Assembly: GCF_006345805.1 (NCBI RefSeq)
Contig: NC_043005.1
Coordinates: forward strand, 96,286,001-96,350,000
Reading direction: 5' to 3'
Length of the DNA stretch: 64,000 nt
Origin: Octopus sinensis
Lineage: Eukaryota
Below, piece by piece: positions 25,236 through 37,649 of this stretch. The position numbers and the translations under genes were made by a program. Under the pieces are notes generated by a model. That model ran no database searches. It saw nothing but the letters and a program-made list of their open reading frames with translations, and was not told the DNA's origin. The first letter of the stretch is position 1. Each line of letters starts with the position of its first letter.

Positions 25236-25999
25236 TACAAAGGGTTTATTCAATTGAATATTCCTTAACCTGTAAACATTTGCCATTTACCTAATGAAAA
25301 GAAATCAACAATCAGTTAATCTGACTGATTTAAATATACAAAACCAAGTTAAATAATGGGAAATAGTTTTACTGAATTATAATAATGTCATTTCTAAAAA
25401 CTACCCTTCCACACCCCACGTACCACTACTAGTCTTTCGTTCATAGTTCTCTGTATGCAAAGGTTTAGACATATAGGCGGCAAGTTGGCAGTTGTTAAAA
25501 TATTGGATAAAATACCTTGCCAAATTCATCCTAGTACTCTGCACTCAGTGTTCAAAGCCTGCCGAGGTCAACTTTGCCGTACATTTTTGTGAGGTCAATA
25601 AACAAAATACCAATCCAGTACTGGTCAGTTCTTCTCTGGAAGAAATCAGCTGTATTCACACTAGGGAGTGATAGAATTCCTCATGCATTTAAAACACCCA
25701 AAACATACCATGTCTCCACCAGGAGTTAAAGAACACAGCCACAAGGGTTAGACTAAAACAAAATAAAGTGAGCATGGTCATATCTTTCTTCAACATAGTT
25801 CTCTATCTTTTATTACATCAATGTCAATACTGATGTACTTCAGGTCACTAATGTTGTTGCTTGCTTAGTGTACCTTTATCTTCTTTCACCGTTTTTCCCT
25901 ATTCTCTGCCAGTCCAACATAAACATACTTCAGGTCACTATTGCTAGTGTTATCTGTCCAGTGTATCTTCGGACATAGTTCTATCATCATTCATCCATC

Positions 26000-27350
26000 C
26001 ATTCATCTTTTCCACCCACTATTCCTAGGAGGATCACGGCACCTCATCCTCCATAAGGTCCTGTAAGAAGCAACCATCATTAGACTTTCCAGCTGAGATT
26101 CCCATGCATGACCAACTGAGTCTATGACTATCATCTAACCATCTCATTCTTAGTCTACCTCTAGGTCTACTGCTGGTTGGCTCAGCTTGAAGAATTTGTC
26201 ATGTGATTTTTAAAATCATTTTAATCACATGTCCATACTACCAGACCTGTAACCTTTCAATGTAGAGAATTAGTGACTAGACCTAGAGAGATTCCCTGAT
26301 CTCTGAGCTATGCACCCTGTTGGCATCCTTTTGTCTCAAGAGACAATGGAGTTGTGCATAAACTAATCCAGTCTGGTTTTTACATTTCATGTCCTCTGCA
26401 GTTTTGCGCAGGCCTGGGCTAGATGTAAGAAAATCCTAGGTAGCCCAGTCGTCAGGTTTCCTCTCTTGACCTTGCTGATGTCGTCCAAAGGAGTGCAGAG
26501 CATTACACTTGGCATCAGCTTGGTTGCAGGAGCTGCCGGAACAGTGTCGAGTCAAACACTAAACCGCCTACAGGGCTCCACTCTGGATTTCTTTGAAGGT
26601 TGTCTCCTTTCTGTAATCCTGGATAGGGGCCCATACCGGGTACTGTCAGCCGGAGCCAGCTGAGCCCTGTTGAGTACTGTTAATCCAAATACCTTTTAGA
26701 GGAATCCCATTTCAGCTACTTGTATTCACAACCATACTCTTTCAATCATTACCCAACATTCATGACCATAGGTAAGGACAGGTGCAAAAACCAAATTGCA
26801 GATAGTGAGCTTGGCTTTTTTTCACCAACTTCTCTTTTGAGGATTGAATGTTGGAGCATTTCTGTACCAGCACCTGCAATTCTAGGATCCAATTCAGCCT
26901 CCTATTTCCCATTACTCATGAATACAGTCCCTGACACACTCAAACATCTCCACTTGTCTCAATGATGTTCCACTAAAATGCAGAGTGCAATGAGAAGACT
27001 TTCTTGAGAAGACCAGAGATTCTCATCTCTGCCTTGCAGCATTCTGCAGCAAATCCATTCAGGGCATGCCAAGATCACCTTCTGATGTGCCAAGCAGCAC
27101 CATTTAGTCTGCAAATATCAGCCAACTGATCCTACATTTCCACTGATCGCAATTTCCAAGCAATCAATTCTACATGAGCATACTTCAGGACACCACTGCT
27201 GTTGTCCATCCAATGTCTCCTTGGACCAACACACACTTCAGAAATAACCATCTCTTCTGGTAACTTAACTTATCCTCATGTATTGCAGCTGACTACACCA
27301 CAGCTACTTCTGACATCAAACTGGCCACAATGCTCTCTTAATCGAAGCAA
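26000..27350 (-). mobile_element. Mosaic of RTE-clade LINE fragments
   Basis: Frameshifted LRQVE.F.YLG...ELD.RI...YG.E.W...AEMGFL-like translation at 26680-26960 plus flanking 5' and C-terminal pieces. Confidence 0.5.
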
Positions 27351-29319
27351 GAAATTTTCTAGCCAAGGATTTTACAGAGATCTATTTTATCTTAGAAATG
27401 TTATTTCATGTGATGCTGAGTAAAACACTTTCACATGTATGGACTTTACCATACAATTCAAACTTAACCATCATTGCTGTATATTTAGACAGGGTGAATA
27501 TACTGCAGTTTGTCAGAATAGAAAGTACTAAAAAATAATATAAAACTCAGGTTCTGTTTGAAATTATTTTAACTTTTAACTTTTAGTAAAGATTAAAATA
27601 TCCTTAGTTCTTTACCAATGTACCCTTTTAAATTTGTCATTTTTAGTACCTCTTTTTAAAACATTAAATCATATTCAATTTTTAACTAAAGTTGATAACT
27701 GTACAGTAAAGAAACAAAAAAAAAATGACAAAAGAAGTTTAAATAATTTAGACTGTAATCATCTGTCATCAGTTATTAAGTACTTGGTTTTATAAAATAG
27801 TAACTATAACACCATAGAAATCGAAATATAATTACGACTTGAATATAGAGGTTTACAATAACTTTCTCCAGTGATGCATAATTTTCTGATATCTCTTAAA
27901 AGTCAGCAGTAAATATTAATCCATATATGAAGTGAAAACAATGTTGATATATAGATTTACCAACAATTTGATTGAGTTTGATCAGCTGATATGGCTAGAG
28001 GTTAGGTTTAACTCGTTTGAAGTGAAATGTTATAATGCTGGAGTTTAGAACTGATCTAACCGGCTTAGATACTTTATTCTAGGATTTGTTGTTAACTGAA
28101 ATAGTATAAGAAATAATTTATAAATCAAAACATTCATTTATGTGATAGTAGATATACGAAAAGGGATAAAGGAAGCTTGAGCATTTCATTTTTGATTCGT
28201 TATTATGTAATTCTCTAGAAGTATGGAAGTATATCGAAGAATTTCTATGCAAGAACAAATGTCAAATGATAACCATCATAACTAGAACGGCTTACAATTA
28301 AAATAAAATCACAGAAAAAAAAATGATAAATACATCTAAAGTATCTTGTGTCTCGTTTCTATTGTGAGTGGGTGTGTACGAATGTGTAGAAAATGGTTAG
28401 AATAAGAACCTATGATTATTGAGAGAAAGATAAATAAATAAATAAATAAAATCAGAGGAACTACATATGACGGGAATCAAAGGTAAGAATAGAAGATCGC
28501 CTACTAAGGCAGACTGTTGACGGGGCCAAACATTCTGCCTCACATAGCTACACACGAAAATAACTGATACGTCACTTTGTAACCACTGCAGCCACCTGTC
28601 AGAATGAAAGAGCGGCAAATAAATATTATTAACTTTGTAAATGGTCAAAGACAATCAGGAAACAATTAAGCAGGAATGGTATTCTTTGTGCAGCTGTTGG
28701 GCATCTATCTGAAGAACTGGAAACAGTTTACATTGTTATACATGCACGTATATGTATATGTGTGTATGTACGTGATCATACATACACACATATATGCGTG
28801 TATGTATGTATGTGTGAGAGAGAGAGAGAGAGAGAAAAAGAGAGAGGAAGAAAAAGAGAGTGGAATGATGAAGAGAGTCTGCTGAGAGTTCCTTGCCAAT
28901 TAGATATATCGTACATAAAAGCTGCCGAAGCAAACAAAGAAAGAAGTACACATCTTTGGGAGATGTTGGTGAGGTAACGAAGAATTGCTGATGCTAACGA
29001 GAAGTACGGGAATACCTAATAAACTAGAGCAGCTCAAAGATTCGAGAAATCGAGTACTAGACATTGAGAATGAAAGAGAACAAGTACGTGTCGGGGAGGA
29101 TGAGAGCTTAGGGTTAGACAGACGATGCAGATTACCAATACACACACACACACTAACATCTACACATAAGTACACATATACATACATATATACTGCTTAA
29201 CAAATGAACAAGTCGGTTATAGAAAATAAACTGCTCGAAATATTAAGGTTTAAAGTCTAAATCTAGATTCATTTAAGACAAAAAAATTCGTGAGGAAGAC
29301 CAAGGTGAGTATGTGAGTT

Positions 29320-29361
<42 letters not shown>

Positions 29362-29465
29362 TATTCATATATATGTGTGTGTGTATGAAACATACACAGT
29401 GTATATATATATGTATATATATATACATACACATATATATACACACATATATACATACATGTATG
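29320..29465. repeat. (TA)n/(TG)n/(CA)n compound microsatellite
   Basis: Direct observation. Confidence 0.9.
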
Positions 29466-29519
29466 TATGCGTGAACATGTAACAGTGATGTCGGTATGAT
29501 GACGGTATAAAGATCTCAC

Positions 29520-29657
29520 CTGCAGAATGTCAAAAGTAAAGACAAATTCTTTTTTCACTTCAGATTTCTGAGCGGCAGGGGGTGAGCTGTTGCGAAATTT
29601 GAACAGATTCCTTAATTTGTCTTTGAATTTCTCCTCCGACTTGCTTGGTCGTGACAT
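29520..29657 (-). CDS. TSC2: Tuberin, first coding exon (MSRPSKSEEKFKDKLRNLFKFRNSSPPAAQKSEVKKEFVFTFDILQ)
   Basis: Aligns by eye with the human TSC2 N-terminus ([21 protein letters not shown]...KQTEFIITAEILR); 138-nt coding length with a phase-0 CAG|GTGAGA donor, as recalled for human c.138. Confidence 0.85.
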
Positions 29658-29777
29658 CTTCGCTCATTCTCTCTCTTTTCCTCCGCCTACTCCTCCTACT
29701 CCGGCAGCAGCAATCATATCAGCACGTGACACTAGGCCACCACAGATCCCTTGCATCAGCGAAAAATACAGCCAAAC
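29658..29777 (-). promoter_or_regulatory. Candidate TSC2 5' UTR part of the ATG exon, containing uORFs
   Basis: Acceptor catgtttctctcAG|gtttgg at 29778/29777; uORF 29756-29664 and overlapping uORF 29667-29560; a possible upstream donor at 30296/30295 is weak. Confidence 0.5.
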
Positions 29778-29924
29778 CTGAGAGAAACATGCCATTTCCA
29801 ATTTTTTCTCCTCTTCAATTTTTATTCCTTTAATTATTTAATCAAATTTGAAATTCTTTTTTCCAGATAATTTCTTCATCACAAAAAAAATTCTACTTAA
29901 ATATAAATTCATAAAATTACATTA

Positions 29925-29949
29925 CAATATATATATATATATATATATA

Positions 29950-29990
<41 letters not shown>
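29925..29990. repeat. (TA)n/(CA)n microsatellite
   Basis: Direct observation. Confidence 0.9.
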
Positions 29991-29995
<5 letters not shown>

Positions 29996-30019
29996 CCTCT
30001 AATTTTTACCTATCATGTA

Positions 30020-30260
30020 GCTTTCTTTTTTGTTCTCACTTTTATTCATTACTTTTCTCTTTTTTTTTTCATTTTCAATCCATTTCATTCCATACTTTCG
30101 TTCTCACTCTCTATCCCTTTCTTTTTACTCTCCCCCTCTCTATCCCTTTCTTTTTACTCTCTCCTTCTCTATCGCTTTCTCTTTAACTCACCCCCTCTCT
30201 ACCGCTTTCTTTTTACTCTCTCCCCCCCTCTCTATATCTCTTCTAATCCCTCTTTCCCAA
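30020..30260. repeat. CT-rich low-complexity tract
   Basis: Almost purely pyrimidine on the plus strand. Confidence 0.85.
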
Positions 30261-30574
30261 TCCACATGATGCGACTCTCGTTCTACCACAACTACCTAAG
30301 CGACACTTGTCCTTGACCTTATTACTATTTTCTGCCAGTTCCCAGTTCTTCGCCAGAGTCGTTCATTTATTTTAGTAGTTCTCTCTTTGAAAAAAAAACA
30401 TGCTTGCTGTTTTCTCGACGCCACTAATTTCTTTTGTTCTGTGCCAGCTCTATGAATTGATGTAGAAAGGTTGTAAACATATTTATATGCTTAAATATTC
30501 GTCTTTCATGCGTTATTCATCTCGTTTTCAACTTTCTATGTCCCACTTCCCGCACACTCCGTCTAAATTTATCT

Positions 30575-30895
30575 ACACACACACCTACACATATATCGAT
30601 AAACACCACACACACATATATACACATTCATAGTCACTCCACACATACATATAATATATAAGTGTATGTATGTATGTATATATATACACACACACATATT
30701 CGTTCATTTAACATCCATACATTTTTGGCACCACATATATACACATTCATAGTCACTCCATACACACACATAATGTATATGTGTATGTATGTATATATAC
30801 ACACACACCGATACATATATCGATAAACACCACACGCATATATACACATTCATAGTCACTCCATACACACATGTGTATGTATGTATATATATATG
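30575..30895. repeat. Compound tandem repeat, about 3 units of ~105-120 bp
   Basis: catatatacacattcatagtcactcca occurs three times (~30615, ~30733, ~30837), separated by TA/CA microsatellite. Confidence 0.75.
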
Positions 30896-30896
30896 T

Positions 30897-31224
30897 GTGT
30901 GTGGTAAGTAGCTTGTTTACCAACCACATGGTTCCGGGTTCAATCCCACTGCGTGGCACCTTGGGCAAGTGTCTTCTGCTATAGCCCCGGGGCTATAGCA
31001 GATGGAAACTGAAAGAAGCCTGTCGTATATGTGTGTGTTTGTCCCCCTAGCATTGCTTGACAACCGATGCTGGTGTGTTTACGTCCCCGTCACTAGCGGT
31101 TCGGCAAAGGAGACCGATAGAATAAGTACTGGGCTTACAAAGAATAAGTCCCGGGGTCGATTTGTTCGACTAAAGGCGGTGCTCCAGCATGGCCGCAGTC
31201 AAATGACTGAGACAAGTAAAGAGT
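30897..31224 (+). mobile_element. SINE family A
   Basis: gtgtggtaagtagcttg...ggttcaatcccactgcgtggcacc...ggcggtgctccagcatggccgcagtcaaatgactg. Confidence 0.8.
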
Positions 31225-31328
31225 ACATGCATTCGTTCACTTAACATCCTTACATTTTTGGCAAATATCTATTAATAAGCATTGAAATCCATATGGTTTT
31301 CAGCAACAGTTTTGTGACTATATAAATA

Positions 31329-31721
31329 TTAGCAGTATAGCCCGGCGTTGCTCGGGTTTGTTTCGACCCTTTAGAATTGGAATTTTTGAAAAGTAAAAAA
31401 TGTGCATTATGTAGCTTGTTATTCTCTTTAAGTGAACATTTTTCTGGCTGAAATACACCGAAAAATGGTGACACAGCAGTAAAAAAATCGAAAAAATAGG
31501 GATTTTCATAGAAAAAAAAAGCACCTTTTTGATGTAAATAAGTTTTGGTGCTAACATGGTCCGATTTGAATTTTTTCTTCTACGGAAGGAAGAGCAAGCC
31601 TTCTTCTATCATACTCTCAATTTTGGTCAACTTGCACCGCAGGGTCTCGGAGGAGATAGTGTTAGTTGAAGGCTACCAAACCTGCCATACACAGACAACT
31701 TCAGCTTTATAGATATAGAGA
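31329..31721 (-). mobile_element. Non-autonomous Helitron, second copy
   Basis: On the minus strand A|TC start, cccgagcaacgccggg hairpin and CTAA|T end; colinear with 21331-21714. Confidence 0.8.
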
Positions 31722-32161
31722 TTTTGGATCACTTAAAAAGTTATCTGAAGAGAGAAAAATCACTTAGATTTTAAAATAATATATATTATTGCTTGTACTT
31801 CTGCCCTCCCTTAGCTCCTCGTTTTTTTTCTGTAAAATATATTGCTGAGAACTTGCGACCAATTCTCTCTCTCACAGAAAACTTTCCTTTCGATGCGAAA
31901 GTGAGGCTGCACCAAACTCGGTCTTGCAGTTGTTACGATGAGTAAGCTTTTTGTAATGTTGGAAATTGGTTAACTGATTCCTCCTTCTCTGCGAGATGAG
32001 GATGAAATGCTATTTCGAATGAAAGTGAATTTCACTAGACTACTTCACAGTAGATTAAATGCTTAGTGGGGTGATGCGTTTTATATCGCGAAAACTATTG
32101 AAAAACGCTCACGGAATTGTATACCTTTGGTATATATATATATGTGTGCATATATATATAT

Positions 32162-32330
32162 TATTGTCTTTATTGCCCACAAGGGGCTAAACATAGCGGG
32201 GACAAACAAGGATAGACAAAGGGATTAAGTCAATTACATCTACCCCAGTGTGTAACTGGTACTTAATTTATCGACCCCGAAAGGATAAAGGCAAAGTCAA
32301 CTTCGGCGGAATTTGAACTCAGAACATATA
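32162..32330 (-). mobile_element. SINE family B, 5'-truncated
   Basis: cccacaaggggctaaac...cgaccccgaaaggataaaggcaaagtcaacttcggcggaatttgaactc. Confidence 0.7.
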
Positions 32331-33243
32331 TATATATACACACACACACACCGATGTGTGCGTTAGTTAGTGGTTAGGTTTGATCAAGTAGACCTATGAT
32401 CGAAGGCATCGTTACTGTGACAATCTCGTCTTTTTTTTTTTTTTTCAGGCATATCTAGGACTACGTTACGTAACATGTTTTTCTTAAGACAACTGGACAT
32501 TATTTGCAAGACAGTTTGGCTGCTCGAGTGCCCACGTAAAAGCTTTTTAGTTGGATCGTCCCGTGACGTGGGGGGGGGGGGGTAATAAAAGCTTTCGTGT
32601 TTTAGGTTTGCCTTTTCTTCATACGCAAATGTTCAGTAGACATTTGATAGAATACGCAAAATTAAGAAATGCTTTGTTAAAATGTTTAGATACTGTCTTA
32701 AACGAACACACAAACTTTTGGTATAGTAATATAAATGAATTGATATTTAGTTTGAAATGTTATTTGAATTTAACTCTGCCATGTGTAAGAAGATTGTTTT
32801 CCTTTGATAAACACCCTCCTTGCACGTGTTGTTTTCGTTGACACTGTTTTTATAAAATACGGTTACTGACAGATAACCAAAGTTTTATCGTCACAACAAA
32901 AAATCGTTCAACCACATAGAAATTTTATCTGACTGGGTTACACTTGTCTTACATCCCGTTGACGGTTACATATTGACAGTTTCTGGACGCCCGTCCCCTC
33001 TACTTGAGCAACGGTGATGCACTATGCTCCTTTCATTTGTCAGGTGATCACGTTACCAATTTCATTTAATGGTCATTTATCTACCTAGAAATAGCAGCCA
33101 AAAGTTTGTCACACTCTACCGCTTTAAACAAAGAAGAAAAAACGGCATGTTGGTTAATGGTGTCTGAGATAACTATGTCTGAAAATTAGTAATCTTGGTT
33201 TCTAATGTAATTTCATTTACTTCTAGGTTGCTTTGTAGAAATA

Positions 33244-34475
33244 CAGGGTGTCCCAAAAACACTCCCTGGTTTCATGACGCTATGATATCTAACGTAATTC
33301 AAATACATTGATAAATATGGTGTCCCCTAATTCCCTAACAATAATACTTCCTTTTATTTTCAGGTGACTTACCATCTTTGACGTGAACGCAAGGATATCC
33401 AAGATGGCCGCCACCCCACAGCAACGCAGCTGGTTTGCTCTGGAATTTGAAAGTACAGAGAGTGTTGTGACCGTGCAACGTGCTTTCAAACTCAAATACC
33501 ATGTGAATCCACCTACACCCAAGTTCATTCGGAAATGGCACGACGATTTTATTGAGAATGGATGAATCTGTGATTGGAGAAAGGAACATTCAGGCTGACC
33601 ACTTGTCTCAGAGGAAGTTGTTGATCAAGTTAGAGGAGTATTTTTGCACAGGCCCAAGACGTCCGTACACAGAGCTAACTAAGAGTTACAGGTTCCTATA
33701 AGCACAGATCTTACATGCCTACAGTTTCACCCTTACAAGCTGCACTTAGTCCAAAACCTACACCTGGAAGACGATGTGAATTGAATTTTGTACAAATCTG
33801 CAGGCATTAATGGAAAATGATGACAACCTGCTGTCGAAGATCATTTTCAGTGATGAGGCGACATTCCACTTCAGGTCAATAAGTACAATTTGAAGATACA
33901 GGGGAGTGAAAATCCATATGCGACCCTGGAAACTGATTAAGACTCACCCAAACTTAATCTGTTTTGTGCTGTCAAAGCAGACTGTATATGGCCCTTTCTT
34001 CGTTGATGAATGAATTGTTTCTGGTTAAAGTAACCTGGAGATACAAAGCAATTGGATGTTTCCATGCTGAGGGTGGTGATCACTTTTTTCAGCAAGATGG
34101 TGCACTGCCATCTCCCTGTCAGGAGATTTCTCAATGAGCATATACCAAACAGATGTTATTGGCCATGCTGGAAATGATGTCAAGATGTTCTGCAAGTGGC
34201 CCGTGAGGTCACCAGACCTAACTGTTTGTGACCTCTTTCTTTGAGGATACATAAAGACCGAAGTTTACATACCCACACTTCCTGCAACCTTGGATAAGTT
34301 AATAAATTGTATCACTGAAGCACTTCGCATGATCACTCTGGGTATGCTGCAGAGAGTCTTGACTGGGAGAGATTATCGCATCAAGTAACAAGAGAGGTAT
34401 AGCTACTAATTGAAAGAATATTACAATAAAGTTACATATTATATCTATTTGAAATCTGGGAGTGTGGACACCCTG
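33244..34475 (+). mobile_element. Tc1/mariner-superfamily transposon with DUF4817-like N-terminus (DD41D/Visitor-related), disrupted
   Basis: TA|CAGGGTGTCC...GGACACCCTG|TA TIRs; MAATPQQRSWFALEFESTESVVTVQRAF (ATG 33404), FSDEATFH, FQQDGA and WPVRSPDLTVCD motifs with stops and frameshifts. Confidence 0.88.
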
Positions 34476-34984
34476 TATATAAATCGACCTTGGTACTTGA
34501 TTGGTACTCTATTTTGTCCAAGAAAGATAGCAAAATTAATTTGGGGGTGTAAAGGGCTGTAATTATATATGTTCAACATATTGTCTGACACAGTTCTGTC
34601 AAGCCACCGTTTGTCACTCTTAGAATGCTTTTATATTCAACAACTCCTAATTCTCTAGACATTATATGGATGCAATGATGTTTCTTTCCATAGCCTAAAT
34701 CTTTTGAAGCATGTCATCAAAATAGAGTAACTCGACTTGTTTTAATATCTAAAGCAATATTCATTCTATTTAGTAAACTTCCTTTGGATACTTTCTTACG
34801 TCCCTTTGACACTCAGAATTCAAATCCTGTTTTCTGGTGGGAGGTGTGGTGACCAAGTAAATATTTGTCAAATACTGCATATAATCCTTCCAAGTTCAAT
34901 TTTGTCTTTCATCATCCTTCAGGGTCAATACAAAATAAAGCACCAGTCAAGTGCTGAGGTCAATTTAATATTTTCTATAACATA

Positions 34985-35363
34985 GGCGCAGGAGTGGCTG
35001 TGTGGTAAGTAGCTTGCTTACCAACCACATGGTTCCGGGTTCAGTCCCACTGTGTGGCACCTTGGGCAAGTGTCTTCTACTATAGCCTTGGGCCGACCAA
35101 AGCCTTGTGAGTGGATTTGGTTGACGGAAACTGAAAGAAGCCTGTCATATATATGTATGTTTGTGTGTCTGTGTTTGTTCCCCTAGCATTGCTTGACAAC
35201 AGATGCTGGTGTGTTTATGTCCCCATCACTTAGCGGTTCGGCAAAAGAGACCGATAGAATAAGTACTGGGCTTGCAAAGAATAAGTCCCGAGGTTGAGTT
35301 GCTCGATTAAAAGGCGGTGCTCCTGCATGGCCTCAGTCAAATGACTGAAACAAGTAAAAGAGT
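34985..35363 (+). mobile_element. SINE family A, full length
   Basis: ggcgcaggagtggctgtgtggtaag A-box, ggttcagtccc B-box, tail gactgaaacaagtaaaagagta. Confidence 0.85.
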
Positions 35364-36789
35364 ATATGCTCAATATGAATCAAATTATAGTAGAAGACAA
35401 AGTCTATTCTTCCAACAAAATGTATAGCACTGAAGATTCTTTAATATCCTCTTATTTTATTATTAGAGTGATTGGTTACAGAATCAGTAGATGTTTATGT
35501 ATATCAGAGATTATGTTTGCTTGCGTTCTAATTCAAATCATATTGAGTTCGACTTTCTTTCACTCATCTAGGATCCAGTAATTTTCAATAATATACCTTG
35601 AGTGCAAATCAGTTGACTATTCCCATCTTTTATAAATTTGTGGTCTCAGCCAATGTAAGAAACCATTACACTGCAGACTGATTTTGTTGGTTTGTTTTAC
35701 TTAATTGATAATGTGTGTTAATTTCTTGTCAGGATTTCCACTTTACTCTCAGTTTGAACCCAGGTTAAAAAACATTTTCCTGTCGGAACACAATGACACA
35801 CATAACAACTGAGTAGAGTCGTCCATCTAAAACAGGAATGGGTGACCTCTTTTTGAAAACCAGGCCACATAAGACATGACTCAGTATCAGGTGAGATGCA
35901 CTGTCAAAAAAAGTACCTATCTTTAAAAATAAGTATTAAGCTCAATCTGTTCAATGCAATGTTCCAATATGGCCACAGTCCATTGGCCGGAACAAATAAA
36001 AGATGAAAGTGATATTTCGACTTTTAATTACAGGTATGCTTAGCCCCAAGTCAACTTTAAACAGACTTGACCATTGCACCTGTTTTCTGAAAGTTATCTT
36101 TACTTCGTTGTATTTTTGACTTCGTCTTTACACCACAATTGAGACATTGTCAAACTACCGTGGGAGAGGTGCAGCAAAAGTAAGAAGTGTCACCTTTTCT
36201 TTTGAATTTATAATTTTAGGGGAAATGGAAATGCCCTTTTCAAGAGTGTTTCTGTGATAAGTAAGGTTAAATAACTTCAACCAAGAATACTATCAGATGT
36301 TTCAATTCACTTTATTTTGACTTGACCACAAATATTACAAATGTAAAACAGCCAAAGCAGTGAATAAAACATGATTGCAGGTCCAAGACAGGGGCTAAAA
36401 TTAGTGTCAAAACATCAAAGAATCCTTGCAATTCTCATAATTGGAAACAACAGCAAAAACTAATTAAAAAAAGTATGAGCAAAATTTTTATCTACATACA
36501 AGACGGGAGCTAGAATCCTCTTTCTAAATAGCATTTATATGATCAGCACAGGTATTACATGATTCAGTGAGCTACTTGGATTTGACAGTTTCACATTTGT
36601 TGTCAGAGATAATTTGGATTTTTTTACTAAGTTGTTTCTCATGAGGTGGCCACTTCTAAAATTTGTTTTTGTGAATGAATATCTGGTAAATTTTGTACTA
36701 TAATATCATTTGCTGACATTAGATTTTTAGAAAATCTTAAATTTATTGCTGATTATGTGAATTTTAATGTGTTTTGCTTTTGTCTAAGT

Positions 36790-37400
36790 TTAAACTCAGT
36801 GAAAATGCATCTCAAGCTGTCAAAAATATCGATATTACATTTGGGTTGGTAACTTGCACTGCAAGAATATTAAGATGGTTCAGTAAATTTGGATGTGGAG
36901 ACAGGACCATGGATGCCCTCCATTGTGGTCAATGATGAAAACATAATCACCTGTAACACAAAAAAATATAGGTTTTTTATGACATCAGGAAAAGATCTCG
37001 ACAACGAAATGCTGAAGAGTTGCCTGATCATGCTCCAAAATTCGCTTTACACAGCCGGAAGCAAGGATTACTGTTTGGTGGTACTGTCAAGGAATCGTTC
37101 ATTATTCATTTCTGCAATCAGGAGAAACAGTAGCATTCTAATCTTACTGCCAGCAAATGAGGAAATGAACTCCAAATTAGCCAGGGAAGAGGTAACGTTA
37201 ATAAATAGACAAGGGCCTATACTCTTGTGTGACCATGCCAGACCTCCCCCGACTAAAGTAGAATAGCAGTAGCTTAATTGTCAAATATTGGATCATCATT
37301 TATTTTGTCACCTTGAGCCTTTCATCTGACATTTAAAATATGCAAAGAAGAAATAATGATGCCATTTGAACCAGTTTCTCGAAGAAGGAATATATAGTCT
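36790..37400 (+). pseudogene. Internally deleted mariner transposase relic
   Basis: ENASQAVKNI...RWFSKF HTH, IVVNDE, VWWYCQGIVHYSFL, NRQGPILLCDHARP across frames. Confidence 0.8.
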
Positions 37401-37649
37401 TGCAAGGCAATAGAAAAATGTTAGAGCCTATTTTGATTCGTAAATAGTTTTTATTCATTTATAAGTGGCTCCATGCTAGGACATCGCCTTCAAAGGTTTT
37501 TGTTATATATCAGATCTAGTGCTCAGTCATGTGGCACTCATTTTATAGAAGCGGTTAGCAGACCAGAATCATATTTGTTTAGAGAGTTACGTTTTTTTAG
37601 TCTTAAATCAAGGTATTTCCATTGGTGTTTATAAACACACATATATAAA

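Noticed and set aside
29319-29519. C-terminal half of the 112-aa ORF containing the TSC2 start
   Set aside because: Lies past the GTGAGA donor and translates TA/TG microsatellite
32569-32582. Poly-G run as a G-quadruplex element
   Set aside because: Single homopolymer without supporting context; may be unstable or an assembly artefact
34985-35060. tRNA gene
   Set aside because: The A/B boxes are the head of a multicopy SINE, and no cloverleaf is supported
36889-37266. 125-aa ORF as a host gene
   Set aside because: It is a frameshifted mariner transposase relic
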